Assembly: GCF_001194135.2 (NCBI RefSeq)
Contig: NC_068984.1
Span: forward strand, 95,052,487 to 95,087,595
DNA length: 35,109 bases
Direction of reading: 5' to 3'
Origin: Octopus bimaculoides
Taxonomy: Eukaryota
Positions 33,026 to 35,109 of this stretch are shown here, piece after piece. The notes under the pieces were generated by a model. The model worked only from the letters and a program-made list of their open reading frames with translations. It was not told where the DNA came from and searched no databases. Numbering within the stretch: position 1 is the first letter of the stretch; the number at the start of each line of letters is the position of its first letter. Made by a program: the position numbers and the translations under genes.

Positions 33026-33969
33026 ATATATATTAGAAAAAATAATAATCAGGTACTTAGATGTCTGGATGGTTGTATATTTACAGATTTTTATACATAT
33101 GTCACATGTTTTATAAATTAGCGCTTTCACCTAGTCTTGTAGGCTCATCAAGTTTTAATTTCACCTTGCGAGAATGTTTCTTTTTATAGTATTATTGAAT
33201 GTGTAGGGGTAGAGAGAGATATATATAGGATAGTAAGAGAGGGTGAGGAATGAAGGGAAAAGTGAGAGAGAGAGAGAGTGTGTGTGTGTGTGCGTGTGTG
33301 CCTGTGTATCTGAAAGGAGTGTCAATGGGAAAGAAGAGGAAAGAAGAAAGAAGAAAATTGTGTTTACAGCTGGTCAGTTCTTTCAATGACACTTTCCTTT
33401 GTACATTATTACCCATCCTAAAATCTTCACTTTTATAAAGAATTGTTCCTTATCTTTATTCCTCTGGGAAAAAAAAAAATATATATATGTGTGTGCACAT
33501 ATATGTGTGTGCACATGTGTGTGTGTGTGTGTGTGTGTATATGTAAATATATATGTGTGTATGTATATAGACGTGACTAATGAAATATCACTATTTCTGT
33601 AATAATTCGTACTGGATGAAGGACCAAATTTGTAAAGTAAACTGTAAGTTTTAAATTTTAATTTCATTTATATTTCACCAACAATTTTCATCGTTTTCAC
33701 ATACTTCACGATCTTTGTATATTCATCACAACATTTCATTATTCTTAATCATTCTTCAATTTTGGAACAACAGAGCCTAAAAATGGCAAGAAACCCAGAT
33801 AGTGGGACATTTTTGTGCCAACTAGAATTGAACCCAGTTACCTAGGTCCTCATATTTCTCTCCTACCTTTTTTGAACTAACCAGCTGTATAGATGTAAAC
33901 ACAATTCCTTCCTCTTCCTTCCCTTCTCTTTTCCATTGACACTCCTTTCAGATGCACATGCGCACGTGC

Positions 33970-34025
<56 letters not shown>

Positions 34026-34521
34026 CCACACACTCTTTCCCACTAGATAATGATGCCAAAAAATTTTTGAAAAACAACTTTCTTCCAAACAATGCCACCT
34101 GGTTTTGCCATTTTTTAAAAGGTCAAGAATAAACTTGTATTGAAAGAACTGACCAGCTGTAAACACAATTTTCTTCTTTCTTCTTTCCTTCTCTTTCCCA
34201 TTGACACTCCTTTCAGATACACAGGTACACACACACCAACACATAAACACTCACACACACAAAAAACACACACACACACTCTCTCACTTTTCCCTCCATT
34301 CCTCACCCTCTCTTACTATCCTATATATATCTCTCTCCACTCCTACACATTCAATAATACTATAAAAAGAAACATTCTCTCAAGGTGAAATCAAAATTTG
34401 ATGAGCCTACAAGACTAGGTGAAACGCTAATTTATAAAACATGTGACATATGAATAAAAATCTGTAAATATACAACCGTCCAGACATCTGAGTACCTGAT
34501 TATTATTTTTTCTAATATATA
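33026..34521. repeat. Long inverted repeat (arms 33026-33387 and 34139-34521, about 750-bp spacer) with a third partial copy at about 33877-34030
   Basis: The arms are reverse complements at high identity, e.g. cctagtcttgtaggctcatca / tgatgagcctacaagactagg and acagctggtcagttctttcaat / attgaaagaactgaccagctgt. Confidence 0.92.
34394..34433 (+). ncRNA. Minimal type-I hammerhead-like motif (mirror copy at 33115-33155, minus strand)
   Basis: Reads aaat tTGATGA g-ccta-caagac-tagg-t GAAA cgc TA attt. The mirror copy has GAAA gcgc TA, giving the palindrome AGCGCT. C3 is replaced by U in both copies. Confidence 0.55.
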
Positions 34522-34584
34522 TATATATATATATATTCCCGAGCGTTACACCACTTGTCCTCGTCTGTTGTTTTTTTCATAAAT

Positions 34585-34637
<53 letters not shown>

Positions 34638-34841
34638 TGCATGATGATGTATATGCATGTGTACATGTATATATATGTGTATATATATGTGTATATGTAT
34701 GTATATGGCTATATGTGTGTGTGTATATATATATATTTTTTGTTTGTTATATTTCTGCTGCTTTTAAATAAAGTATATATATATATATATATATAAGAAT
34801 TTAAGGATTGGAGAAAACGCATGTTATAATTGCATACTTTA

Positions 34842-34925
34842 TTCCTACATATGTTTCAAAGGATTACAACCTGTGTGATCCATAGGGATCTTTGATATTA
34901 AAGTTGTAACCTTCTCATCAGGGAA
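34842..34925 (-). ncRNA. Near-intact minimal type-I hammerhead ribozyme (Penelope-type)
   Basis: Minus strand reads ttcc CTGATGA g-aagg-ttacaac ... gttgtaa-t-cctt-t GAAA catat GTA ggaa. All core bases are present, stem I is ttcc/ggaa, stem II is long, stem III is the palindrome ACATATGT, and the cleavage triplet is GUA. Confidence 0.7.
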
Positions 34926-35109
34926 AGCATGGGAATCATCTTAAACGTAAGACATTATGACCGATTATGAAAACAATAGATGGACAAGGTTATGACTTGA
35001 TTCATTTGAAAAAAACTGTTAGAGAATTGGTCACTACCGGATAGTGGGTTGGACAACACATACCAATAAATGTGTGAGAGCGTACATGCATACATAAATA
35101 CACATACAC

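Noticed and set aside
32097-34388. Numerous 60-190 aa ORFs rich in Y/I/H/T/C/V
   Set aside because: Translations of (TA)n/(TG)n/(CA)n microsatellites and N gaps; not genes.
1-35109. CRISPR arrays, rRNA or bona fide tRNA genes, prokaryotic operons
   Set aside because: No regularly spaced repeat-spacer array and no rRNA or complete cloverleaf seen; the only tRNA-like sequence is the SINE head; the sequence is eukaryotic.

Overview
AT-rich, microsatellite-laden animal genomic DNA from a draft assembly with N gaps. The repeat content (RTE LINEs, a tRNA-derived SINE, Penelope-like elements) and the giant C2H2 gene suggest a coleoid cephalopod, probably Octopus; this is inference. The only intact protein-coding gene is an uninterrupted 8,322-nt ORF (11905-20226, +, 2773 aa) with about 47 zinc fingers. 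These comprise nine dispersed 77-aa three-finger modules with near-identical DNA-recognition residues, plus about 20 solitary C2H2/C2HC fingers. The flanks are decayed mobile DNA: three RTE-clade LINE copies (two with a PHD-like Cys/His insert after the RT core), a maT/DD37D-like Tc1-mariner relic, a Tigger/pogo relic, two Penelope-like (RT/GIY-YIG) relics and a SINE. There are also three long inverted repeats and six minimal type-I hammerhead-ribozyme motifs, one of them close to intact. The highlights are the multivalent nine-module zinc-finger protein with its uORF-laden leader, a long foldback just downstream of its poly(A) signals, the hammerhead-bearing inverted repeats, and a rearranged Tigger/Penelope junction.
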